From: Lentisphaerae bacterium GWF2_50_93
GTDB taxonomy: Bacteria > Verrucomicrobiota > Lentisphaeria > Victivallales > GWF2-50-93
Direction: 5' to 3'
Length of the DNA: 64,000 nucleotides
NCBI GenBank assembly: GCA_001804815.1
Contig: MHBI01000011.1
Coordinates: 1,670-65,669 of the forward strand
The translations under genes and the position numbers were made by a program. Under the pieces are notes generated by a model. It was given only the letters and a program-made list of their open reading frames with translations. It was not told the origin of the DNA and searched no databases. This document shows, piece by piece, positions 45,736 through 55,115 of the stretch. How positions within the stretch are numbered: the first letter of the stretch is position 1; each line of letters begins with the position of its first letter.

Positions 45736-46074
45736 TGACAGAAGTTCGAAAGTTCGGGAATGCGTAGGTGCGTCAGTCTTTATTTCTAAAGGTAGGGACG
45801 CCTTAAAGTTTATCCCGATCCTGTAAGGCATCGGGAAGGCGTCCACGGCGCTCTCGGCGAGAGCGCCGTACCTGGATTCATCCCATGCAATAGAAACTGA
45901 TGTGTTACGTGCCCCCGTTAATCTAATTCCAGAATATCTTGCGAATAACCAAAATGACTGTATTGTATATGCCGGAGTCTTGGGGATACGCATTGTGTTT
46001 TCGTGCAATCCCTGATCTGGGCTCGTCTGGAAAAATCATGGGTCAGGACAACTAATCTATGGGGGAACATCATT

Positions 46075-46788
46075 ATGGGCATTGTTTTCAGGATTTTATT
46101 CATACTTTCCACGCTGGCATTTCCGTTTCTGGCGGGATGCATGTCGACATACAACAGGGAGGCCGTGGAAGACAGGCTTGAGAAAGTCACGCTTGACAAT
46201 GAAGTAGCCCAGCAGATGTCGATCATATATATGCCTATCAAGGTCGCTGTATTCATCGACATGGAGACTATGGATTCAGATGGGGGCTTCGAGGAGAACT
46301 GGGACTGGAGCAAGAGCGACAAGAAGCTGATAATGTCGTATCTGGACAATCTCCAGGATCTTGGGTACATCTCGGAATATTTCTTATTGCCGGACAATGC
46401 GGACTTCACGATGCAGGACATCAATTACCTGATCGACGAAGCCGGGAAGCGGGAAGCGGACGTCCTGCTGACGCTCCGGGGCATCATATGGATAAACAGC
46501 TACTTGAACCCTTCCTCGATTTTCAATCTGACAATCCTGGGCGCCTGGCTCGTGCCCGGATCAAACCGCGATGCGATTCTACAGGTCAACATGGATTTAT
46601 GGAATGTAAAGGACAACAACTGCGTCCTGACTGTCAAGGGTGAAGGTGTGACCAGGCTGAGCAGGCCGACTTTCCTGATAGAGACGGAAGAAGCAGTCGA
46701 TACGGTGAAGAGAGATACCCTGCGAAAGATCCTGCCTGAGTTCAAAAAGCGATGCCGTGAGATAAAGCCTGCCAAAGGGGATCGGTGA
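46075..46788 (+). CDS. Hypothetical lipoprotein
   Basis: MGIVFRILFILSTLAFPFLAGC lipobox. No recognisable domain. It is the first gene upstream of the secretion operon. The ORF extends to 46003. Confidence 0.55.
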   Translation: MGIVFRILFILSTLAFPFLAGCMSTYNREAVEDRLEKVTLDNEVAQQMSIIYMPIKVAVFIDMETMDSDGGFEENWDWSKSDKKLIMSYLDNLQDLGYISEYFLLPDNADFTMQDINYLIDEAGKREADVLLTLRGIIWINSYLNPSSIFNLTILGAWLVPGSNRDAILQVNMDLWNVKDNNCVLTVKGEGVTRLSRPTFLIETEEAVDTVKRDTLRKILPEFKKRCREIKPAKGDR

Positions 46789-46822
46789 GGTTCCCTGAAT
46801 TCAAACCCGTTAATCCATTAAT

Positions 46823-46844
46823 CAGTCATCCCTTGGGATGACTG
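46823..46844 (+). other. Hairpin CAGTCATCC-CTTG-GGATGACTG within a recurrent module (second copy 59411-59432)
   Basis: It is preceded by TCAAACCCGTTAATCCATTAATC, as at 59373-59410, and lies 35 nt after the lipoprotein stop. It may act as a terminator, but the U-run is weak. Confidence 0.4.
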
Positions 46845-46880
46845 TGGAATCCCGTCTTTCGCTCTTTCACCTCAAAAGCT

Positions 46881-46908
46881 TTGCTTTTTCTGAATTTAAA
46901 ACTATATT
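46881..46908 (+). promoter_or_regulatory. Possible sigma70-like promoter of the secretion operon
   Basis: TTGCTT-N16-TATATT lies about 65 nt upstream of the gspL-like start. The promoter consensus for this lineage is unknown. Confidence 0.25.
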
Positions 46909-46971
46909 ATAGACTGGATTCAAGAGGGCTTTTCATGCAATGTAACCGTTTGCAAAAAAGGGAGTTGCCAA

Positions 46972-48231
46972 TTGTTCGGGAACCATAGCTGCACAGCAAT
47001 ATACTGGGACAAGGATGGGAATATCTTTGGCGCCTCCGTCTCCAAGGGGGAGGGCGGGAGGATTGTTGTCCTTAAGGCGGTATTTTCAGATCCGAAAATA
47101 ACGGATTTCTCCGACAGTCTCCTTGACGTGTACAACAGGCTTGCACCCGGAGAAAGCCATACAATAATACTTGCCTCCCGTTTTGAGGGCGCGATCTGCA
47201 TGGATTTGAATCTTCCGAATCTGCCCCATGCTGAAATGGAGAAGGCGCTTTCCTTTGAGCTTCCAAGACACATCCCCGTACCGGTCGAAGAGATAACATG
47301 GTCATACAGGATAATCGGAAATGTCCGGGAGGAAGGCAAACCCTCCTCCCTTGTCAAGGTCAGGATCATGGCTGTCAGCCGCAAGTCCTGGGATTCGTCT
47401 GTCGCGGGGATCGTCGACTCCGGCATAAAGGCCGATTCTGCAACCCATCCTTTCATGGTCTTCAATGTGCTTCCGGACAATCCCGAATTCATCCTTGAGG
47501 ATCCGAACGAGCTGCTGAAGCTTTTCCCGGGGATGCCGGAAGATGTATCCCACGACAAGGTGCACCTGTCGCAGAAGTTCTCCGGGCTGGAGGGATTCCT
47601 CAACTATACGCCTGTCCAGAAGACCGGCCTCCTGGTCTGCCTGCTTATCGGCGAGTCCATCCTGGACGGGACAGTATCCCCGGACAATATCAAGATCTCG
47701 TCTCTTCCCGACATTGTAAGGCCGCAGAGGTTCAGGCTTGTAAGATATTCGGCGGCGGCTTTGCTGATCGTAGTACTGCTGCTGGGTGCTGTCCTGCTTG
47801 CGAGGAACTGGTGGGACGTCCGTACAAGGTACGGGCAGATCACCGCTGAGAAGCAGAGGATCAGCGCGAAGATCAATGAGTTCAAGCAGGAGAGGCTTAA
47901 AAACAAGAAGATAGACGAGCTGATAAAGAAGATAGACGAGACTGAGCCGGGCAATTACGAGCTGATCCAATGCCTTTCCGCCCTTTCGCAGAAGCTTCCA
48001 TCGAGCATGTGGATTACCATGTTCAGCACGAGGGATGATGAGATGGACCTGACAATATGCACTACAAAGGACCAGTCGGCGCAGACCGATCTCGCAGCCC
48101 TGAACAATATTCCGATTTTCTCGAATTTCAGCATCAGGAGCACGAGAAGGGACAGCGACGGCACGTTGACCATATTCGTACATATCGTCTACCAGAGCAA
48201 ATTCAAAAGGCAGAAGGGCAAGAATGGATAG
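46972..48231 (+). CDS. gspL: GspL-like assembly-platform protein (PilM-like cytoplasmic domain fused to a TM + PilN-like periplasmic domain)
   Basis: TTG start with AGGGAG 6 nt upstream. NLPNLPHAEMEKALSFELPRHIPVPVEEITWSY resembles the PilM/GspL N-domain. A TM segment (AALLIVVLLLGAVLLA), a coiled coil and a PilN-like C-terminus follow. Confidence 0.65.
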   Translation: MFGNHSCTAIYWDKDGNIFGASVSKGEGGRIVVLKAVFSDPKITDFSDSLLDVYNRLAPGESHTIILASRFEGAICMDLNLPNLPHAEMEKALSFELPRHIPVPVEEITWSYRIIGNVREEGKPSSLVKVRIMAVSRKSWDSSVAGIVDSGIKADSATHPFMVFNVLPDNPEFILEDPNELLKLFPGMPEDVSHDKVHLSQKFSGLEGFLNYTPVQKTGLLVCLLIGESILDGTVSPDNIKISSLPDIVRPQRFRLVRYSAAALLIVVLLLGAVLLARNWWDVRTRYGQITAEKQRISAKINEFKQERLKNKKIDELIKKIDETEPGNYELIQCLSALSQKLPSSMWITMFSTRDDEMDLTICTTKDQSAQTDLAALNNIPIFSNFSIRSTRRDSDGTLTIFVHIVYQSKFKRQKGKNG

Positions 48232-48826
48232 GATTGCATCGCTCATAAGCACCAACAGGAAGGCCGTGGCCGGCATTGCCGTCGTCTGCGTGCTTTTCCT
48301 GGTCGTCGTTGCCCTCTACTGGAAGGAGATCGTCAACTTCTGGCCCAGCGGCGAGAAGATACGCAATGAGTTATCCGGCCTGGAAAAGCTGCACCAGGAG
48401 CTCCAGAAGGAGATAATCGAAGTCCAGAACATCCGCCAGGTAAGGCAGGCTTTCATAAAGCAGGGCAAGGATTTCTGGGTTCCGAAAAGGGACGGGGACA
48501 TTGAAAGCAACATCATAAAGAAGGTCGAGGAGGTCGCGAAATCGTCCGGACTCAAGCTTCAGAACATTGGAAACGCCAGGCCTACCAAGGTAAACGAGGA
48601 CATCTCATTCCTGGAGATAAACATAGAGGCGAAGGCTTCAATGGAGGAGATATCCAGGTTCATCGCCGAACTATACAAGACAAACCCATGCTTCTACTGG
48701 AGGAAATGCGTGCTCAGGCCTTTCAATCCGCGAGACGCGAAGGACATAGTGCTCAGCGGGACGCTCAACGTCGTCTCCCTGACCAGCGACAATGTGGCAA
48801 AAGTCCTGATGGGGGAGGAGAAATGA
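48224..48826 (+). CDS. gspM: GspM/PilO-like protein
   Basis: 200 aa with an N-terminal TM, a coiled coil and a ferredoxin-like C-terminal pattern. There is an 8-nt overlap with the preceding gene. Confidence 0.55.
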   Translation: MDRIASLISTNRKAVAGIAVVCVLFLVVVALYWKEIVNFWPSGEKIRNELSGLEKLHQELQKEIIEVQNIRQVRQAFIKQGKDFWVPKRDGDIESNIIKKVEEVAKSSGLKLQNIGNARPTKVNEDISFLEINIEAKASMEEISRFIAELYKTNPCFYWRKCVLRPFNPRDAKDIVLSGTLNVVSLTSDNVAKVLMGEEK

Positions 48827-49560
48827 AGATTTTCTACATATTCCTGAACATGTTCCTGTTCATTCTGGCGGTGCTTCTGCTCGTGCTCAACCTGACTTTC
48901 AAACCCCATGTCCAGGACAAGATACTCTCGATGGCTCCCGACTTGAAGAAAAGTGCTTTTGTTGTCAGCAAGATAAAAGGTGAAAGAGAGGAGGTTCCCG
49001 GAGTCTCCGCTTTATGGGAAAATAATTTGTTCAGTCCGTACAGATCCGGTGACGGAGGCCCCCTCCTGGGAACCGCCAGACCGGTGGGGATGGAGCTTCT
49101 TGGAGTGAGCCGCCTCGGAGATATCGCCGGGGCCGTCATAATCGACAAGACCCCGTCGATTTCCCCTTCAGCCCCGCCTACGAGGATCCGTGGAAGCAGA
49201 GGGGTGGCGCCTGCTGCTTCCTCATCTCAGGCGAGCGCACCCAAGTTCTGGAAGCTTGGAGAACAGTTGCCGAACGGTTTCTTCCTGAGCGAGGTGAACA
49301 ATGATTCTGTTGTTCTGTCGAGAGGCCGGGAACAGATCGTCCTCAAGCTTGACTATTCCAGCCAGGAATCCCTGTCAAGAAATGCTTCCGCGGCTGAAGC
49401 GGCCGCTGCCGCAAGCGCGAAGCTTGAAGTCAAGCCTCCAGTTGTTCCGCCAGTGCCTGGAAAGGGTGGCAGGCAGATACCTGCGCCTCCGGCTCCTCCG
49501 GGCGTACAGCAGGATCAGGACAATGATTCCCCGTCTCCGGCGGTGGTGAAGCCGGAGTGA
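48823..49560 (+). CDS. gspC: GspC/PilP-like protein (no PDZ), Pro-rich C-terminus
   Basis: ATGA overlap with gspM-like. It has an N-terminal TM (MKIFYIFLNMFLFILAVLLLVL). An HR-like segment FWKLGEQLPNGFFLSEVNNDSVVLSRGREQIVLKL is followed by an A/P-rich tail. Confidence 0.5.
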   Translation: MKIFYIFLNMFLFILAVLLLVLNLTFKPHVQDKILSMAPDLKKSAFVVSKIKGEREEVPGVSALWENNLFSPYRSGDGGPLLGTARPVGMELLGVSRLGDIAGAVIIDKTPSISPSAPPTRIRGSRGVAPAASSSQASAPKFWKLGEQLPNGFFLSEVNNDSVVLSRGREQIVLKLDYSSQESLSRNASAAEAAAAASAKLEVKPPVVPPVPGKGGRQIPAPPAPPGVQQDQDNDSPSPAVVKPE

Positions 49561-49606
49561 GGGAGGCAGGAAGTGCGGAAGTGCGGAAGTGCGGAAGTTG
49601 CGAATT
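49561..49606 (+). repeat. GGAAGTGC octamer word tract
   Basis: GGGAGGCAGGAAGTGCGGAAGTGCGGAAGTGCGGAAGTTGCGAATTACG begins immediately after the gspC-like stop. Confidence 0.85.
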
Positions 49607-49637
49607 ACGTTGGAGTCCAAGCTTCAGATTGCGTATT

Positions 49638-49670
49638 GGATGTAGAGTTCGCCGTCTCGGCGAAGATCTT
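49638..49670 (+). promoter_or_regulatory. Conserved hairpin module GGATGTAGAGTTCGCCGTCTCGGCGAAGATCTT
   Basis: One of three copies in the window, all in sense orientation relative to the flanking genes. This one lies 72 nt upstream of gspD. Confidence 0.6.
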
Positions 49671-49741
49671 GGGACGGTGTGCAGTAGAGAAGACAGAATT
49701 TGAATTTAAAAAATACAAAAAAATATGGATGTATGTGGATT

Positions 49742-52042
49742 ATGAAAAAAATCATTGTATCAATTGCAGCGTCCTCGTGCGCGCTGTTCTTCCTCTTTTC
49801 GTGTACCATGTTCAAGGAGGACAAGCCTGCGGACCAGGGCATAGTCAAGGACTCCACGCTCAACAAGAAGACAGGTCTTGTTAAGCAGGAATTTACCGGC
49901 AACATGAAGGACGATGCAATCGAAACCCTTCCACCTCCAAAGACAGATGACAGGATACAGGAGATCATAAAGATCCAGGAGAGGAAGGCCGCGGCGGACG
50001 CCAAGCTGAACGAACCGTTCTACGTGAAATGGCTTGCAGGCACGGAAAACGAGGAGATTCCCGTGATGTTCAACAGCGACGTAGTTCCGATTGGAGCTTT
50101 CCTGCAGCAGTTTTCAAATTCCCTTAAATTCAATTATCTTGTGGATCCCCAGGTCACTGGAAACGTTACGATCTTCATGAGCAGCACGAAAATTACAAAG
50201 AAGGAGGCATGGGTGCTCCTGGAACAGGTGCTCTGGCTCTGCGGAGCCTACTGTTCCCCGGAAGGAAACGTCCTGCACATACTTCCATTCTCCAAAATGC
50301 CCCAGGAAAGAAAGCTCCTAATCGGACATGATCCCCAGGTGAATGTCGAAGTCATACTGCTCTCGATCAAAAATGCCGCATCAAAGGACATGCTTGAGAA
50401 GATCAAGCCCTTCATAACTCCAGGAGCGACCGTCACCGACATCTCCCACCAGAATGCGATCCTGCTTGTGGAGACGCCTGCGAACGTCGAGAAGATACAG
50501 GCGCTGGTAAGGCTTCTCGACCAGAAGAACAAGAACAACTGGCCGCAGACCGTGATCCAATGCATAAACGTCTCTTCGGCGAGAGTAAAGAATGAGCTTG
50601 CCGCGATACTGCCGGTGCTTGGTTTCCCTGTTTCAACCGACAACATCCAGGCCGAACCCGGCTCGATAACCCTCATCAGTCTTGACAGGCTGCAGGTGGT
50701 CGTAGCCACCGCCGCGAATGAAGAGGCCCTCGGGGAGCTTAAGAAATGGGCGGCGATCCTCGACAGGACCGATGTCGGCGAGCAGGAACAGGTTTTCATC
50801 TACAAGGTCGTGAATTCCAGGGCCGATCAGCTTCTGAGCGCGATATCGGTCATCTTCCCGGTTGAAAGCACGGTCCTTTCGGCGCCATCCGGAGGAGGAG
50901 GAGACGCGTCTACTTCTACTTCGACGTCCACATCAGGCACCGGATCAAAATCGTCGAGCGCCAGTTCGCCGTCAGGCAGCGGGGCGTCGAAATTCTCAGC
51001 GGCTTCCGGATCTGGTAATAAGGCCGGCAGTGCAACTGCGACCTCAAGCAGCAGCGCCAAGGGGCAGGATGACAAAGGGCCTGCAAGCGTCTTTGATGTG
51101 CCTGTCAAGGTATTTGCGGATGGAGTCCACAACAGGATGGTCATAAGGACGACTCCGAGGACCTACGCCATGCTGAGGGCCGTGCTTGAAAGGCTTGATA
51201 CGGTTGCCGCACAGGTGCTGCTGCAGGTGCTGGTGTCGGAGGTGACGCTCACGGATGACACGGCGTACGGCCTCGAATTCTCCCAGAAAAAGTCGGATGG
51301 CAATACCGAGAGCCTTTTCGGGACAAGCTGGGCGTCTCTGGCCAGGGGGACGACGGGGAAGCCCTCGGACGGATTCAAGTACCTGCTTACAGACAAGGGC
51401 AATCCTGATGAGAAATTCGCCTATATCAAAGCCATTGCAGGGAAAGGAAGGGTGAAGGTTCTTTCAAGCCCGCAGATCCTGGTGGCCAGCCATTCCGAGG
51501 CCAAGATATCGGTGGGAGACCGGGTTCCCATCATCACCAATCAGATCACCGATACATCCTCGGTTACGACAACCAGCACGGTGCTCAACAGCGCAGTCGA
51601 GTATGTCGACACCGGAATAATCCTCATAATCACTCCGCATGTCACCGAAGGGGGCCTTATAACGATGGAGCTTGATCAGACAGTTTCGGATGCAATTAAA
51701 ACCACTTCCTCCACGATTGACTCCCCGACCATTTCGGAACGTATCCTGCAGACCACCCTTTCAATCCGCGATGGGGGAACTGTCATAGTCGGTGGAATCA
51801 TCAAGGAAAGGGACGAGGAAAACAACCAGTCAGTTCCCTTTGTCTCCGAAATAAACCTGCTGAGCAAGCTTTTTGGCAATACCACCAGTACTTCCGTAAG
51901 GACGGAAATGGTTGTCCTCATTACTGGCAGGATCATCGACGAGCACAGCAATCTCGATGAGATCACCGCAAGATATAAGCAGGCGTTGAAGGCTATAAGC
52001 GACATGGAAAAACAGAATATCAGGGAAGAAAATGTCAAGTGA
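49742..52042 (+). CDS. gspD: Secretin (GspD/PilQ family) with lipoprotein signal and a Ser/Thr/Gly-rich insert
   Basis: MKKIIVSIAASSCALFFLFSC lipobox. N-domains are followed by VLSSPQILVASHSEAKISVGDRVPIITNQ and RTEMVVLITGRII secretin signatures. The low-complexity insert is SGGGGDASTSTSTSTSGTGSKSSSASSPSGSGAS. Confidence 0.85.
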   Translation: MKKIIVSIAASSCALFFLFSCTMFKEDKPADQGIVKDSTLNKKTGLVKQEFTGNMKDDAIETLPPPKTDDRIQEIIKIQERKAAADAKLNEPFYVKWLAGTENEEIPVMFNSDVVPIGAFLQQFSNSLKFNYLVDPQVTGNVTIFMSSTKITKKEAWVLLEQVLWLCGAYCSPEGNVLHILPFSKMPQERKLLIGHDPQVNVEVILLSIKNAASKDMLEKIKPFITPGATVTDISHQNAILLVETPANVEKIQALVRLLDQKNKNNWPQTVIQCINVSSARVKNELAAILPVLGFPVSTDNIQAEPGSITLISLDRLQVVVATAANEEALGELKKWAAILDRTDVGEQEQVFIYKVVNSRADQLLSAISVIFPVESTVLSAPSGGGGDASTSTSTSTSGTGSKSSSASSPSGSGASKFSAASGSGNKAGSATATSSSSAKGQDDKGPASVFDVPVKVFADGVHNRMVIRTTPRTYAMLRAVLERLDTVAAQVLLQVLVSEVTLTDDTAYGLEFSQKKSDGNTESLFGTSWASLARGTTGKPSDGFKYLLTDKGNPDEKFAYIKAIAGKGRVKVLSSPQILVASHSEAKISVGDRVPIITNQITDTSSVTTTSTVLNSAVEYVDTGIILIITPHVTEGGLITMELDQTVSDAIKTTSSTIDSPTISERILQTTLSIRDGGTVIVGGIIKERDEENNQSVPFVSEINLLSKLFGNTTSTSVRTEMVVLITGRIIDEHSNLDEITARYKQALKAISDMEKQNIREENVK

Positions 52043-53648
52043 AGCTAAAAACATCCTCGATACCGCAGAGAGGGAGCTGTCGTCCCTCTATCCTGAATAT
52101 CCCGAGAAGATGAAGACTAATCCCGACCGCAAGAAGCTTGACTGGGAGCTCTGCAACCAGGGCGCAATTTCCGAGGCCGACCTTATTTCCATTTATGCGA
52201 GGGCCTCTGGATTGGAAGCCAAGGACGAGGAGGAGGTAAGGGACAGGGAGGTCGTGCAGTTCCCGGGGATTTCAGCCGATTACCTGATAAACTCAGTCTG
52301 TCTTCCAGTATCGTGGACCGACGATGCGATGGAGCTTTTTGTCAGCGAGCCGTACACTCTCGGAAAGATGTCGTATTTCATAAAGAGCCTCTATGGCAGG
52401 AAGGTAAGCTTCTCCCTCGCCAGAAGAAGCATCCTCGAACGCAAGATCCATACGGTCTACGAGAAGCCGGTCGACGAAAAGGTCAATGAGTCCAGCCAGT
52501 TCCTGCAGTCCGGAGACAGCGAGGAGGCGCTGAGGAACCTGGCGAGCGAGGCCGCCATCGTGAGGCTTGTCAATGAACTGTTCACCAGGGCGATCGAATC
52601 GGGAGCGAGCGATATCCATATCGAACCCGAGGAGACCAGGCTCATCGTCCGTTTCAGGATCGACGGAGTGCTCCACCTGATCCTGACAACTCCGCTCTCC
52701 CAGTATCCAGCCATCGTTTCGAGGATCAAGCTCATCGGCGGACTGAACATAGCCGAACGCAGGCTCCCCCAGGACGGCAGGACCAATCTCAAGCTCGGAA
52801 GATACGACGTCGATGTCCGCATAAGCACCATCCCCACGATGAATGGTGAAAGCGTCGTGCTCAGGCTCCTCAGGAAGGATACTTCCTACGATCTGAAGAA
52901 CATTGGCATGAACGACAATATACGCGGAGAATTCGAGAAGCTCATCAGCCTGCCTTATGGAATAATACTTGTCGTCGGCCCTACTGGAAGTGGAAAGACA
53001 ACGACCCTGTACGGTGCAATGTCCATGCTCAACACCATGGAAAGAAAGATAATAACCATCGAGGATCCTGTAGAATATAAGATGTCGGGGCTTTCCCAGA
53101 TGCAGGTCAACCCTAAGATAGGGCTCGACTTCGCAAGCGGCCTGAGGCATATCGTGCGCCAGGATCCGGATGTCATCCTCGTCGGTGAGATCCGCGACAA
53201 GGAGACTGCGGAAATCGCAATTCATGCCTCCCTTACTGGGCATCTTGTCCTGAGCACCCTGCATACGAATGACGCCGCCGGCGCGATCAGCAGGCTTATC
53301 GACATCGGTGTCGAGGGCTTTCTGATCTCGTCCTCGCTGAAGGCGGTAATTTCGCAGAGGCTCATAAGGAAGATCTGCGTCAAATGCCATGGAAAGGGAA
53401 CTGAGCATGAGACTGGGAAATGCAAGGTGTGTTCGGGAACCGGGTTCAAGGGAAGGACGGGCATCTACGAACTGCTGTCGATAAGCGATGAGATTGCTTC
53501 GGCCATCTCGAAGAGCAGCGACAGCAGCACGGTCTTCAACCTCGCCAGGAAGCAGGGGATGAAGACCATCATCGAGGACGGCAATGAAAAAGTCGCCGCC
53601 GGCATAACCACGGAATCTGAAATCGCACGCGTCACGATAAATGTGTAG
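52032..53648 (+). CDS. gspE: Type II secretion ATPase GspE (PilB family)
   Basis: Walker A VVGPTGSGKTTTLY, Asp box, Walker B DPDVILVGEIRD, His box LTGHLVLSTLHTND, and a tetracysteine motif CVKC...CKVC. Confidence 0.9.
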   Translation: MSSEAKNILDTAERELSSLYPEYPEKMKTNPDRKKLDWELCNQGAISEADLISIYARASGLEAKDEEEVRDREVVQFPGISADYLINSVCLPVSWTDDAMELFVSEPYTLGKMSYFIKSLYGRKVSFSLARRSILERKIHTVYEKPVDEKVNESSQFLQSGDSEEALRNLASEAAIVRLVNELFTRAIESGASDIHIEPEETRLIVRFRIDGVLHLILTTPLSQYPAIVSRIKLIGGLNIAERRLPQDGRTNLKLGRYDVDVRISTIPTMNGESVVLRLLRKDTSYDLKNIGMNDNIRGEFEKLISLPYGIILVVGPTGSGKTTTLYGAMSMLNTMERKIITIEDPVEYKMSGLSQMQVNPKIGLDFASGLRHIVRQDPDVILVGEIRDKETAEIAIHASLTGHLVLSTLHTNDAAGAISRLIDIGVEGFLISSSLKAVISQRLIRKICVKCHGKGTEHETGKCKVCSGTGFKGRTGIYELLSISDEIASAISKSSDSSTVFNLARKQGMKTIIEDGNEKVAAGITTESEIARVTINV

Positions 53649-53660
53649 ATGGGAATCGAC

Positions 53661-53755
53661 AGGTAGGAAGTAGAAATTAGAAATTAGAAAGTAGAAAACA
53701 GTAGAAAGTTTAAAACGGGAATGTTTTCTAAATCATACTTTCTAAATTCTAAATA
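53661..53755. repeat. AT-rich palindromic word tract (TAGAAA / TTTCTA words) in the gspE-gspF spacer
   Basis: AGGTAGGAAGTAGAAATTAGAAATTAGAAAGTAGAAAACAGTAGAAAG ... CTAAATCATACTTTCTAAATTCTAAAT. The two arms are complementary. Confidence 0.8.
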
Positions 53756-53792
53756 TCTTTAATGACTGAAATCAGCAATCGGAAATGCGCCC

Positions 53793-54995
53793 ATGCCCCT
53801 GTTCAAATACAAAGCGGCCAGTCCTGACGGCAAGGTTTCGGAACTCCTCATAGAAGGCGATTCCGAACCCGACTCCCTCGTCAGACTGAGGCAGAGGGGG
53901 TTCATGCCCCTCGAATCATACGGGCAGGTGCAGAGCTTCCCGCAGGAGAAGAACTGGCGTTTCTGGCAGGGCGGCGGATTTGACGCCTGCGATTTCACGA
54001 ACCGTCTCGCGCCTCTCCTCAAAGCCCACATACCGCTCGAAAGGGCCCTTGGAATAATCGCGCAGGGGGCGGACAACCAGAACTACACCAGGACCGTGAA
54101 CGACATAAGGAAAGGGCTTCATGAAGGCAAGAAGTTCTCCGCCCTTATCCGCGACCATGGCGCAAGGTTCCCCAGGATTTATGCGAACCTTGTCGAAGCA
54201 GGCGAGGAAACCGGCTCCCTGACTGAAATCATTGCGGAACTGCAGCGCTTCCTCAACGAACGAAAGGACATGAGGAACTTCCTCCTGACAAGTTCCATCT
54301 ATCCGGCGTTTGTCATTGCCGTCACCGGCACGGTCGTGATCCTCCTTTTCACGGTTTTCATCCCCAGGTTCTCGAAGATTTTCGTCGATATGGGCAAGCC
54401 GCTGCCGTTCATCACGAAGGTCATGGTGGAGATCAGCAATGCCATGATTGGCCTCTGGTGGCTGTGGATTATCCTTGCGGGGGTGCTGGCATTCCTTGTT
54501 TCCCGAATCAGGAAGGGCGGCAGGATTGCCGACTGGTGGAATGAAACCGTCCTCAAGATCCCCATCTTCGGAGAGCTCCTGATACTCACCGAGATCAGCA
54601 GGTTCCTGAGGACTATTGCCGTGCTCATCCAGAACCATGTCCATCTGCTGAGCACCATGCAGATCGCCGTGAACGTCCTTGTAAACCCGAGGATAGCCAG
54701 GACTTTTGCGGACGTCCCGCCGGAACTGAAGGGCGGCGCGAAACTGTCTACCGCGCTCAGCAAGAGCGGCTACGTTCCCAAGCATGCCCTGCAGATGCTC
54801 TCCATCGGCGAGGAGTCGGGCAACATGGGCGGCATGCTCAACCAGGTCGCAGATCATTACGAGGAGATGCTGAGGACGAAGATAAAAAGGCTCCTAGCGC
54901 TTTTCGAACCTGTGGTCATCCTCTTCCTCGCAGCCGTGATCATGGCGGTCGTGCTCTCAATATTCCTGGCGATACTGGAAATGCAGAACATATAG
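53793..54995 (+). CDS. gspF: Type II secretion inner-membrane platform protein GspF
   Basis: 400 aa. MPLFKYKAASPDGKV at the N-terminus, two T2SSF repeats and three TM segments. Confidence 0.9.
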   Translation: MPLFKYKAASPDGKVSELLIEGDSEPDSLVRLRQRGFMPLESYGQVQSFPQEKNWRFWQGGGFDACDFTNRLAPLLKAHIPLERALGIIAQGADNQNYTRTVNDIRKGLHEGKKFSALIRDHGARFPRIYANLVEAGEETGSLTEIIAELQRFLNERKDMRNFLLTSSIYPAFVIAVTGTVVILLFTVFIPRFSKIFVDMGKPLPFITKVMVEISNAMIGLWWLWIILAGVLAFLVSRIRKGGRIADWWNETVLKIPIFGELLILTEISRFLRTIAVLIQNHVHLLSTMQIAVNVLVNPRIARTFADVPPELKGGAKLSTALSKSGYVPKHALQMLSIGEESGNMGGMLNQVADHYEEMLRTKIKRLLALFEPVVILFLAAVIMAVVLSIFLAILEMQNI

Positions 54996-55050
54996 GGGGC
55001 AGGGGGTGGGGATTGGGAGATTGGGAGAGTGTGAGATTGGATAGGGTTGG
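54995..55050 (+). repeat. G-run word tract with G-quadruplex motif in the gspF-gspG spacer
   Basis: GGGGGCAGGGGGTGGGGATTGGGAGATTGGGAGAGTGTGAGATTGGATAGGGTTGG on the sense strand, starting at the gspF stop codon. Confidence 0.85.
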
Positions 55051-55115
55051 AACGATTAATGCTTTCCTTTTGGATGTTGAAATAATGGTAACATGAAACA
55101 AATGGAGGATCAGAT

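Noticed and set aside
47302-48276. 324-aa minus-strand ORF antisense to the gspL-like gene; similar ORFs at 52293-53408 and 53916-54857 antisense to gspE and gspF
   Set aside because: The sense-strand genes carry unmistakable GspE/GspF signatures. The antisense products are Arg/Asp/Leu-rich shadow ORFs without starts supported by RBSs.
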